This document shows, piece after piece, positions 39,129 to 47,623 of a stretch of DNA of 55,036 bases (position 1 is its first letter; each line of letters starts with the position of its first letter). The stretch spans positions 1 through 55,036 of the forward strand of contig JAITIC010000076.1 of assembly GCA_031279635.1 (NCBI GenBank), read 5' to 3'. The stretch is from Treponema sp. (GTDB lineage: Bacteria; Spirochaetota; Spirochaetia; Treponematales; Breznakiellaceae). A program made the position numbers and the translations under genes. Below the pieces are notes generated by a model. The model was not told the DNA's origin and made no database searches. It worked only from the letters and a program-made list of their open reading frames with translations.

Positions 39129-40211
39129 ATGAATAAGGGAAAAAAAATCGGCGTCTATATCATCATGCCGGTGCTGGCGGCGGCGCTCGTTACGGTCTGC
39201 GGGAAAATCGCGGGGAACGACGGCGCGGTAAAAATCGATCCGTATTATATTACCGGCTCGACGCAAAACAGGGAGGATTTCAGGGAACTATTCGCCCTGC
39301 TTGCCGGGGAACAGGAAGGTACTGAAAGCCAGTTTGCCGTGGTGAGGGAAATAGCCAGCAGTTACGTCAGGCTCAAAGAGTACGGTAAGCTGATCTATTT
39401 TCTCGGTTCCCGAACGGTCAATTCCCCCGATGATCCTTACAACAGCTATTACCTGTTGATGATAGCCTACGCCTACACGCAGCAGAACTCATATCCGGTG
39501 GCCGCACGGTATTTCGATTTGATTATCAAAAATTACCCCGACCTGATCATTAACGGCGAATCCGTCCACCTCGCCTGCCTCAAGCAGCTTATTGAACTGA
39601 CCGACAACCCTGAACAGCGGGTCTGGTATTATCAGGAGCTGATCTCCCGTTTCTCCGAACAGATTGACCTCGGCACGGCCTGGTTCATGCTGGCCCAGGC
39701 CTACGAGCGGATCGGGGACTGGAACGGGGCCATTCGGGCCTATACCCAGTACCTGCCCTACGCCGGAACGATAATACCCGGTTTCCCCAACGCGGACAAT
39801 CACGCCAAGCAGCAGGTGGATTTCAGCAATTCCCCCAAGGACTGGACTTTTGAAAGCCTGCCGGCCCTGCTCAAAGCGGTCCAGACCGCACTGAACGACG
39901 GCAGCCCTTCCCGTTTGCGGAGATGCCAGGCGAAGGTGAACTTTTTCGCCCGCTCATGGGAACAGGGTGAAACCGACGATTCAGGCATGGTGGATTTCAA
40001 CCTCTCCGATTTTATGCGGGGCAACCGCATCCGCTACGCCGACCAACTGGATACCGTTTCCAACGCCACTGAGGCGTATCTGCGCACCTGGGGCTGGTCG
40101 CAGTACATCTCCACGTGGTATTTGTACTTCAGGAAGATTTACTTCCCCTCGGACCCGGAGATTCACGGCCGCTGGGAATGGGCGGGGGTGTATTACGGGG
40201 AAAAGTTTTAG
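39129..40211 (+). CDS. Exported or lipoprotein-like TPR protein
   Basis: Basic N-terminus plus hydrophobic stretch ending in Cys (LVTVC). TPR-like helices (AWFMLAQAYERIGDWNGAIRAYTQYL) and a Trp-rich C-terminal domain. Confidence 0.75.
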   Translation: MNKGKKIGVYIIMPVLAAALVTVCGKIAGNDGAVKIDPYYITGSTQNREDFRELFALLAGEQEGTESQFAVVREIASSYVRLKEYGKLIYFLGSRTVNSPDDPYNSYYLLMIAYAYTQQNSYPVAARYFDLIIKNYPDLIINGESVHLACLKQLIELTDNPEQRVWYYQELISRFSEQIDLGTAWFMLAQAYERIGDWNGAIRAYTQYLPYAGTIIPGFPNADNHAKQQVDFSNSPKDWTFESLPALLKAVQTALNDGSPSRLRRCQAKVNFFARSWEQGETDDSGMVDFNLSDFMRGNRIRYADQLDTVSNATEAYLRTWGWSQYISTWYLYFRKIYFPSDPEIHGRWEWAGVYYGEKF

Positions 40212-40236
40212 TTGGGGATAAGCACTGAGGAAGAGA

Positions 40237-40304
40237 GTCCACGGATTTACGCGGATGATTAAGAGGATTTCATTTTAATCGTGAAATCCGTGTTATCCGT
40301 GGAC
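40237..40304. repeat. CCACGGA-type palindrome
   Basis: GTCCACGGAT / ATCCGTGGAC outer stem with inner ACGCGGAT / ATCCGTGT. Confidence 0.6.
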
Positions 40305-40448
40305 AGTGAAAATTGCAGAATTCCCGAATTGTTTCCGCTATTAAACCGTTGTATCTCTTATTTAGGGCTTTTGCAACGCCTTGTTTTTGCTGTGAATTTG
40401 CTTCAAAATCCGCCTGAAATGCTGTTTGGGGCTGTTTTTACGGTAAAA

Positions 40449-40770
40449 TAGCAGGTTGATTGGACTAAACACACTGATATGAGTGACTACAGAAATAAAA
40501 ACTAACCACGGACGGCGCGGACAGAACGGACAAATATGTGGATTTGCAACTAAAACTCCGTGTATTTCCGTGGTTATTTTTGAGCCTGTCCCAGCTGTGC
40601 GCTCACGTTCCCGGCATAGCCGGAGGCACGGTTTTGGGACAGGCCCGTGCAGTTTTTCAGGCTTTTCAGCCTTGCAAAACTGTGAATTTCAAGGTTGCTT
40701 TCCCAAAACTGAAGTTTCGGGAAAGCCTCTTTTCTTTGGAATTATCCTGAGTTTTAGCCTAATCATCCTA
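40449..40770 (+). repeat. Family B element carrying a nested CD element
   Basis: TIRs TAGCAGGTTGATTGGACTAAA / TTTAGCCTAATCATCCT. Both flanks of the insert align with the uninterrupted copy at 50186-50332. Confidence 0.78.
40582..40729 (+). mobile_element. Family CD MITE nested in element B
   Basis: Termini GAGCCTGTCCCA...CGGGAAAGCCTC. TTTT is duplicated on both sides relative to the empty site seen at 50.2 kb. Confidence 0.68.
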
Positions 40771-40912
40771 ACAGGGTGTTTTCAAAGTTCTCCTATAAAA
40801 GACCGGCGTTGCCGGTTCAGTCATGGCTGCAACACGGGAATTTGCGCGATACTTGAAAGTAAATGCAACGGCCCTGGCTATAATACCGTATGGAAACATT
40901 ACTATCCGGCCT

Positions 40913-43060
40913 CTAATCACCATCCAGGCCCTCTTCGTATTGCAGGCGGTACAGGCCGGCGTACAGGCCGTTACGCGCTATCAGCTCTTCGTGCCTGCCC
41001 TCTTCCGCCAGATGACCGCCGGATAAAACGAGAATGCGGTCGGCGTTTTTTATGGTGGAAAGACGGTGGGCAATGACAAAAGATGTCCTGCCGGCCAGGA
41101 CCCGTTTCATGCCGAGCTGGATGAGATGCTCGGTTTCCGTATCGATGGAACTCGTTGCCTCATCGAGAATCACCACCTGGGGATTGTGGGCGATAACGCG
41201 GGCAAAACTGATAAGCTGGCGCTGGCCTGATGAGATGTTTGCAGCCCCTTCGGAAAGCGTTGTCTTGTAGCCGTCCGGAAGGCGCGAAATAAATTCATGG
41301 GCGTGCACCGCCTTGGCGGCGTTGATAATCTCGTCTTCTGAAAGCGGAATACCCAGGCTGATGTTTTCTTCCACTGTGCCGGAAAAGAGAAACACATCCT
41401 GCAGGACGGGTAGCACCGACCGCCGCAGTTCCTCAAGGGGGACGTCCTTTACCGGCACGCCGTCAAGGCGGATTTCCCCTGAGTCAATATCCCACAGGCG
41501 CGCGAGGACATTGATGATCGTGGTTTTCCCCGCGCCGGTATAACCCACGATGGCGGCCATTTCCCCCGGCTTTACCGCGAAGGTGAGGCCCTTGAGTACC
41601 TCTTCCCCTGTCTTGTAGGAAAAACGCACGTTGTCAAATTCAACATGGCCCCGCACAATCCCCTCGATTGAGCGCTTTCCCGAATCGGGGATCCGCTCCT
41701 CGGTATCCAGCAGCTTGAAGACCCGCTCCCCTCCGGCCATCGCGGACTGGAGCAGGGTGTATTTTTCGGCAATATCCATAACCGGGGCGTAGAACATCTG
41801 CACCAGATTGATAAAGGCGATGAGCACTCCCAGCGAGACCGAAAGGGAGAGGACCATCCTGCTCCCCGCCACAATGACCACCGCCGCCGTAAAGGTGGAG
41901 AACCATTCCACTATGGGCCTGAACGTGGCAAAGACGTACATCTCGCCCAGGTTCGCGTCAAGAAGTTCCCGGTTCCGCGAAGCGAATTCGCCGCCGCTTT
42001 TCGCCTCACGCCTGAAAAGCTGCACCACCTGAACCCCGGCGAGGCGCTCCGCAAGATATGCGTAGACCTTTGAGGACGCGGTCCGCTGGCGGCGGAAAGC
42101 GTCCCTGGCCTTGAAGCGGCTTACCAGTGTCAGGATAAAAACCGGCGGCAGCGTGGTAATCACTATCAGCGCCATTCGGGGGGAGAGAATAAACAGGGTT
42201 ATCAAAGCCCCGGCCATGATCGAAAGGTCTTTCAAAAACGCCACGAGCACGGTGGTGAAAAATTCGTTTATGGTTTCCACATCGCCGGTAAGGCGCGTAA
42301 CAATGCGCCCCACCGGATGACGTGAAAGAAAGGCTGTTGATTGGGATGCGGTTTTTTTGAAAAGCTCAAGCCGCATATCCTTCATCACTTTTTGACTCAT
42401 CTGGTTTGTGGTCCATGTTTGGGAAAAAGTGAAAACGAAGACCAGCGCCAGCACCGCCAGAAAAATCCCCCCTCCGCGGACCAGAACGGAAATGTCCTTC
42501 CCCCGCACGGCGGCGATTTCGTCCAGGGGCAGCGAATAAAGGTCGGCGCTTGTTATTGCCGCGGTAAATCCCGCTCCGGCAGGCCGGGTAAGAAAGAGTT
42601 CCCCCCGCTTCTGTACCACCTCGGCGGCAGAATCCCCCGCGTTATACGAAAAGGCGTACCATTGGACATCGTCCAGTATCCCCCGCTTGCGCAGTTCTTC
42701 CTCGGCCTTTCCCTTGAGGACGGTATGCCGGTTCTGAGGCACGAAAATCATTTCGTCTAACGTTATGCCGCCGGGAAGCCTGGTCATTTCCTCGTAAGCG
42801 GCGGCGGACTCGCCGTCGAGCCGCTCCCGCTCCTCTTCATAGCGGTCCGCCCTAAAAACGAGGAAGCGGGCGAGTACCGCCTCGTCAATGAGCCGCTGCT
42901 GTAGTACCGGAATGTACAGTTCCCCCAGCGTGGAAATGGCCAGGGTGATTAGGGTAAGAAACACCAGCATCCGGTAGGGCTTGAGATATGAGAGAATGCG
43001 GCGGACAAGAGAAGAATCGTATTCTTTGGTAACGTTGTCGGTCTCGAAATAATCAGCCAT
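40913..43060 (-). CDS. Heterodimeric ABC exporter, subunit 2 (TMD-NBD)
   Basis: GYTGAGKT, degenerate signature ISSGQ, ILDEATSSID, IAHRLSTI. Large loop after TM1. Start at MADYF (43060). Confidence 0.92.
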   Translation of the reverse strand: MADYFETDNVTKEYDSSLVRRILSYLKPYRMLVFLTLITLAISTLGELYIPVLQQRLIDEAVLARFLVFRADRYEEERERLDGESAAAYEEMTRLPGGITLDEMIFVPQNRHTVLKGKAEEELRKRGILDDVQWYAFSYNAGDSAAEVVQKRGELFLTRPAGAGFTAAITSADLYSLPLDEIAAVRGKDISVLVRGGGIFLAVLALVFVFTFSQTWTTNQMSQKVMKDMRLELFKKTASQSTAFLSRHPVGRIVTRLTGDVETINEFFTTVLVAFLKDLSIMAGALITLFILSPRMALIVITTLPPVFILTLVSRFKARDAFRRQRTASSKVYAYLAERLAGVQVVQLFRREAKSGGEFASRNRELLDANLGEMYVFATFRPIVEWFSTFTAAVVIVAGSRMVLSLSVSLGVLIAFINLVQMFYAPVMDIAEKYTLLQSAMAGGERVFKLLDTEERIPDSGKRSIEGIVRGHVEFDNVRFSYKTGEEVLKGLTFAVKPGEMAAIVGYTGAGKTTIINVLARLWDIDSGEIRLDGVPVKDVPLEELRRSVLPVLQDVFLFSGTVEENISLGIPLSEDEIINAAKAVHAHEFISRLPDGYKTTLSEGAANISSGQRQLISFARVIAHNPQVVILDEATSSIDTETEHLIQLGMKRVLAGRTSFVIAHRLSTIKNADRILVLSGGHLAEEGRHEELIARNGLYAGLYRLQYEEGLDGD

Positions 43061-44882
43061 GCCGGGCCTCCCCGCTGAAAGCCGCCGCGTCGGACGCATT
43101 AGCGGCGGGGCTTTCCCCCAGCCGCTGCAGGGCCGCCATACGGGCGTAAAATCCTCCGGCGGCTGCCAGCCCGGCGGGGCTGCCGAATTCGGCGATCCTC
43201 CCCTTGTCAAGAACCAATACCTTGTCCGCGTAACGAAGGGTTGAAACCCGGTGGGAAACGATTATCGTTGTCCGCGGCCTTTCCCCTTTCCGCTCCCGCA
43301 GCAGCCCTTCCAGAATGTTCCGTTCCGTTTCGGCGTCCACCGCGGAAAGGGAATCGTCAAGAATGAGAAACTCGCTTTCCATAATCAGCGCCCTGGCAAT
43401 GGCGACCCGCTGTTTCTGCCCTCCCGACAGGGTCAGGCCCCGCTCGCCGATGAGCGTTTCCCGGCCCTGGTTAAAAGTCTCAAGGTCTTTTTCAAGAGAG
43501 GCAAGCCCTATCGCTTTCCGCAGATCTTCTGAATTCCTTAAATCCTTCCCGTAAGCGATATTGCTCTGGATCGAATCTGAAAAAAGGTAACTATCCTGGG
43601 GACTCACCGCAAAGAGCTTCCGCAGTTCAGCCAGCGGCCATTCCCGCACGTCAAGGCCGAAAACCAGCGCGGTTCCCGCCGGGGGATCAAGCGTTCTGGT
43701 GAAGGTTTTTATCAGGGTGGATTTCCCCGAACCGGTACGTCCCATGATTCCCAGCCATTCCCCGCGCTTGAGCGAAAAGTTAACCGCTTCCAGCGCCGGC
43801 CTTTCTTCGTTATACGAAAAACTAAGATCGCGGATTTCAAGGGCGGGAAGCGCGGAACTTTCAGGCTGCGCGGTCCGGGGTTTTTCCGGATCGCGGATCG
43901 CAGGAACCGTCCTCAGTATCTCGTTCACACGGTTCAGACTGACCGCGCCGCGCTGGATCATGTTCACCATGAAGCCCGCGCCCATGAGGGGCCATATCAG
44001 CATTTGCAGATAACGGAACAGGGCGACGAGACTTCCCGGACTCATGAGGCCCGTTATCACCCGCATACCGCCGATAACCAGCATGATAAGAACGGTAAGC
44101 TCGGAGAGGAAAGTCACAAAGGGAAAGAAAAAACCGAAGAGCCGCACCAGTTCCATATTGGCCTTGAGGTAGTCGTCATTGGTGTCGGCGAATTTTTTGA
44201 TGAACCACCATTCTTTCACAAAAGATTTTATCACCCTGATCCCTGCAAACGCTTCCTGCACTGTGTCGCTCATCTTTGAATAGGTTTCCTGGGCGTTCCG
44301 GAATTTTTTACCGACCATGCCGCCGAAAAAAAGAATAAGCGCCGTAACCAGGGGCAGGGGGACAACTGAAAACAGGGCGGAGCGGGTGTCCTGGACAAAC
44401 ATAATGAACAGGATGGCCGTGGCCATGACCACGGAATCAACAAGCGCCACCAGCCCCATGCCGATGGCCATGCGCACCGCGTTGAGATCGTTTATTGAGC
44501 GGGCCATGAGATCGCCGATTTTGTTTTTCTGGTAAAAATCCCAAGAAAGGGTCTGGAGATGATCAAACAGTTTTTCGCGCAACTCGGTTTCAATACGGCG
44601 GGAAGAACCGTGTATAAAATAGCGCCATAAAAAACGGCCCAATGAGATCAGGCCCATAATGACGATCATCCACAAGGCAAGCAGCACAATTTCTTTCCAT
44701 TCAAAAACACCGGAGCTGATCATATCCACCGCCCGCCTTATAAGCTGCGGAATGATTATCTGGGCGGCGTCCACCACGACAAGGCAGATCAAGCCCCAGA
44801 AGTAATGCCAGAAGTAACGGGTAAAATAGGGCAGCAGGGATTTATATTCGTTAAGCGGGGTTTTGGACTTTTCGTTTTTCAT
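43053..44882 (-). CDS. Heterodimeric ABC exporter, subunit 1 (TMD-NBD)
   Basis: GRTGSGKST, LSGGQKQR, degenerate Walker B ILDDSLSAVD. Confidence 0.92.
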   Translation of the reverse strand: MKNEKSKTPLNEYKSLLPYFTRYFWHYFWGLICLVVVDAAQIIIPQLIRRAVDMISSGVFEWKEIVLLALWMIVIMGLISLGRFLWRYFIHGSSRRIETELREKLFDHLQTLSWDFYQKNKIGDLMARSINDLNAVRMAIGMGLVALVDSVVMATAILFIMFVQDTRSALFSVVPLPLVTALILFFGGMVGKKFRNAQETYSKMSDTVQEAFAGIRVIKSFVKEWWFIKKFADTNDDYLKANMELVRLFGFFFPFVTFLSELTVLIMLVIGGMRVITGLMSPGSLVALFRYLQMLIWPLMGAGFMVNMIQRGAVSLNRVNEILRTVPAIRDPEKPRTAQPESSALPALEIRDLSFSYNEERPALEAVNFSLKRGEWLGIMGRTGSGKSTLIKTFTRTLDPPAGTALVFGLDVREWPLAELRKLFAVSPQDSYLFSDSIQSNIAYGKDLRNSEDLRKAIGLASLEKDLETFNQGRETLIGERGLTLSGGQKQRVAIARALIMESEFLILDDSLSAVDAETERNILEGLLRERKGERPRTTIIVSHRVSTLRYADKVLVLDKGRIAEFGSPAGLAAAGGFYARMAALQRLGESPAANASDAAAFSGEARHG

Positions 44883-45712
44883 GGCGATATATCGTTTTTT
44901 TTCTGGTACATTTCCGCCTGTTTTTTCAAATCCTTTTCCAGTTTTATGGACCAGATATCCAGCTTCTTTTTTACGGTTTCCGCTTCCTCCCGATCCCCCA
45001 GAAGCAGGTACAGGCGCCGCAGAGCGGAAAGAAAAGTCATCCCCTGTTTGAAATCGTCGATCCGGCCGGTGGAAAGCTCGTATTTTTCACGGTAACGGTC
45101 CGCCGCCTGCGCGAGGAGTTTTTTTACCAGCCGTAAATGACAGACCGTAGGTTCATAATTTGGGGAACGGGGATCGGAATTGGCAAGCGCGTTGCGGAGA
45201 TCAATGCTGTTTTTTGCCACCGCCGCGTAACGGCCTTCCAATTCCACAAAGGCCCATTTCCATTTCGTGTTGTATCCGTAGGCGTTTTCCAGCAGTTTGA
45301 TGGCCAGCCCCATCTTCCTTATCAAAAGGTAACGATCGACGGCGCTTACCGTTTCAATTGCGGCTAACATTTCCTCGTACTCGGAAAAGGGGGCGTCAAC
45401 CAAAGTGCTGACCGTTTCCTCAAGATAGATAAGGCTCTTGTACAGGGATTTTCTCCCGTCGTTCAGGGCGTCCTCGTTTTTTACTTTGAGCACCGAGCGG
45501 GAAACCCCGTCAATGATGATATAATTTGACACGAGATCGAGCATTTCATCCGCCAGGGAAAAGCGCTTGAACGCCGTTCCACCCTGATCATTTTTAATGG
45601 TCATGAGGACGGTTTTTTCACGGCTGAGGAGCGCGGCGGCCGCGGCTTTGTATTTTTTTATTTTTTCGATATACGCGCGGCGTTCATCATTGGAAATTTT
45701 CGCCATTTTCAT
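44879..45712 (-). CDS. Hypothetical all-helical protein
   Basis: 277-aa ORF with ATGA-type overlap to the ABC exporter; no motif recognised. Confidence 0.75.
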   Translation of the reverse strand: MKMAKISNDERRAYIEKIKKYKAAAAALLSREKTVLMTIKNDQGGTAFKRFSLADEMLDLVSNYIIIDGVSRSVLKVKNEDALNDGRKSLYKSLIYLEETVSTLVDAPFSEYEEMLAAIETVSAVDRYLLIRKMGLAIKLLENAYGYNTKWKWAFVELEGRYAAVAKNSIDLRNALANSDPRSPNYEPTVCHLRLVKKLLAQAADRYREKYELSTGRIDDFKQGMTFLSALRRLYLLLGDREEAETVKKKLDIWSIKLEKDLKKQAEMYQKKNDISP

Positions 45713-45808
45713 CCCCTGTTATGTGAAACGGCTGTTTTTACACATTGCCGGTATGTTTTAATCCCTTCGGTAGTATTCTTGAAAAATTCCTGCTTAATGC
45801 GCATATTT

Positions 45809-45919
45809 TTATTCAACTGCCAATATTTCTTTATCTTCCAACAATCCAGCTGTTTTTGAATAATATTCTTGATTATGCTTAAGAAATTCTATCCAAACGG
45901 GGGTATCAAGAATTATCAT
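45809..45919 (-). pseudogene. Truncated PIN-domain (VapC-like) toxin
   Basis: Hand translation MIILDTPVWIEFLKHNQEYYSKTAGLLEDKEILAVE* matches the PIN start (ILDTxVWI). ATGA overlap with the antitoxin; stops after 36 aa. Confidence 0.7.
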
Positions 45920-46122
45920 TTTTGCCGGTTAATTTCACGAATATTTTGACCATTGTCTATAACAATGGGACTTTGAGCTGTTTCCCTATTAAGCTTCCGG
46001 ATATTGTATAGGTCTATCCACTCCTTTAAGACGACAGCCAATGTCTCAGTAACGGTAGAACGGCGAGTATAAGCCTTTACGTCATTGACTAAATCATCCG
46101 CAAGTATTGCGGTAACTTTCAT
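45916..46122 (-). CDS. VapB/DUF2191-like antitoxin
   Basis: MKVTAILADDLVNDVKAYT..STVTE RHH-like N-terminus, 68 aa, low GC, upstream of the PIN remnant. Confidence 0.68.
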   Translation of the reverse strand: MKVTAILADDLVNDVKAYTRRSTVTETLAVVLKEWIDLYNIRKLNRETAQSPIVIDNGQNIREINRQK

Positions 46123-46129
46123 ACGATTA

Positions 46130-46157
46130 AGTATACGATATACCGTCATATTGTCAA
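46130..46157 (-). promoter_or_regulatory. Sigma70 promoter of the TA pair (likely leaderless)
   Basis: TTGACA-16 nt-TATACT, then 7 nt to ATG. A perfect 20-bp palindrome TTTTTCAAAATTTTGAAAAA lies at 46162-46181. Confidence 0.6.
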
Positions 46158-46292
46158 CGGATTTTTCAAAATTTTGAAAAAATTCCTTTTTCTTTTCCGT
46201 ATGTATGTTTTTTTTGTAGCCAGCCGTGCCCAAAAACGGGCAAATTTCCAAAAATTTGAAGTCTGGCGCATTCTTTACCGCCCTGATATAAC

Positions 46293-46379
46293 GTCTGGTT
46301 TAATACCAAATTTTTGTAAGCGTTGCGTTATTTGAGCCGGAACAGAGCTCCGGGGTATTAAACCAGACTTTCGAATAAA
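46293..46379. repeat. Family F repeat pair
   Basis: Perfect 15-bp inverted repeat GTCTGGTTTAATACC (46293-46307) / GGTATTAAACCAGAC (46354-46368). 27 bp identical to 13508-13534. Confidence 0.68.
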
Positions 46380-46383
46380 GACC

Positions 46384-46508
46384 TGGGAAGCAATTCCTGC
46401 CGCTACTCCGGCCATGTTCTGTTCCGCTATTCCTGCGTCAAAAGCCCGTTCGGGGTATTTTTGCCGTAAGCCGATGGTTCCGTTTGCCTTTGCCAAATCC
46501 GCGTCTAT
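46384..46508 (-). pseudogene. Fragment of a transketolase C-terminal (pyrimidine-binding) subunit
   Basis: DADLAKANGT.....YPERAFDAGIAEQNMAGVAAGIAS. Similarity ends at the F repeat. Confidence 0.75.
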
Positions 46509-46519
46509 CTTTCCTCCTT

Positions 46520-46548
46520 TTGACAAAATCTCTATAAGTGCTTATGAT
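46520..46548 (+). promoter_or_regulatory. Sigma70 promoter of potD
   Basis: TTGACA-17 nt-TATGAT; AAGGAG RBS before ATG 46584. Confidence 0.65.
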
Positions 46549-46583
46549 GGGAAACAGGAACTGGGTATTATAAAGGAGATAAC

Positions 46584-47621
46584 ATGAAAAAAATCTTTCG
46601 CACCACGGCAATACTGATCATCGTTCTGATCTGCGCGGGCTGCGGGAATAAAAAGCAGTTGACGATCTACACCTGGAGCGAAATGTTCCCGCCGGATGTC
46701 CTTGAGGATTTTGAAAGGGAAACGGGCGTCAGGATCAACTATGTCAATTTTGATACCAACGAAACCATGCTCGCCAGGCTCCAGGCCGCAAAGGGCGGCG
46801 ACTACGATCTGGTGATTGCCGACGATTACATTATCGAAGCCGCCATTGCCGAGGGGCTGGTTCAAAAACTGGACAAATCGAAACTTTCCAATTACCGTAA
46901 CATCAACCCCATTTACCAAGGGCAGTTTTATGATCCCGCCGACGAATACACCGTGCCCTACGGCGCGGGCGTGCAAACCATTGTCTACGACCCGGAACGT
47001 GTCGGGATCGACATCAGTGCTTATGTGGATCTCTGGAATCCTTCGCTTGAGGACAGCGTGGGCATTATCGATAGTTTCAGGGTGATTAACGGCATGGCCC
47101 TTAAAGTGATCGGCCAGAGCTACAATACCAACGACCTTGGGGTGATTCGCGCAGCCGGGGACAAACTACGGGAACTGGCGCCTAATATCCGCCTTATCAG
47201 GGACGACAATCTCCAGGACGAACTGCTTTCCGGGGAAATTGCCGCCGCGGTAATGTACACCTCACAGGTTACCATGCTGATGATGGAAAATCCGGATTTG
47301 AAAGTAGTGTTCCCCACCGAGGGAATAGGCTTCGGCATCATGGCGGCGTTTATTCCCGCCAGGGCGTCCAACAGCGACGCCGCCTACGCCTTCCTTGACT
47401 ACATCCTCGATCCGGAGCGGGGCGCCCGCTGCTTTGAATACCTCGGCTACTACAGCACCTGCTCCGCCTCGGACCCCCGCATCGGGGCCGAATACAGGGA
47501 TTTCCTCACCCTTCCCGAAGGCTTTAACACCGACATGGAAATGATTCAAAGCATCAGTCCCGAAGCGGAGGAACTGCACAGCCTGATATGGACCGAGTTC
47601 AAATCGGCCGCGGGGCATTAG
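46584..47621 (+). CDS. potD: Spermidine/putrescine-binding lipoprotein (PotD/PotF family)
   Basis: Lipobox CAGC, LTIYTWSE, FDTNETMLARL, YDLVIADDY, LDKSKLSNY, YTVPY, VFPTEG. Confidence 0.85.
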   Translation: MKKIFRTTAILIIVLICAGCGNKKQLTIYTWSEMFPPDVLEDFERETGVRINYVNFDTNETMLARLQAAKGGDYDLVIADDYIIEAAIAEGLVQKLDKSKLSNYRNINPIYQGQFYDPADEYTVPYGAGVQTIVYDPERVGIDISAYVDLWNPSLEDSVGIIDSFRVINGMALKVIGQSYNTNDLGVIRAAGDKLRELAPNIRLIRDDNLQDELLSGEIAAAVMYTSQVTMLMMENPDLKVVFPTEGIGFGIMAAFIPARASNSDAAYAFLDYILDPERGARCFEYLGYYSTCSASDPRIGAEYRDFLTLPEGFNTDMEMIQSISPEAEELHSLIWTEFKSAAGH

Positions 47622-47623
47622 TT

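Noticed and set aside
40772-40916. Small hairpins and TATAAT followed by a micro-ORF METLLSGL
   Set aside because: No matching -35 spacing, no recognisable riboswitch, too short to support.
40483-41076. ORFs 40483-41076, 50085-50438, 38812-39075 and the N-terminal extension of era, sharing peptides such as FFGIILSFSLIIL
   Set aside because: They are translations of the repeat elements, not independent genes.
40913-44882. Degenerate ATPase motifs in both ABC subunits
   Set aside because: Normal asymmetry of heterodimeric exporters, not decay.
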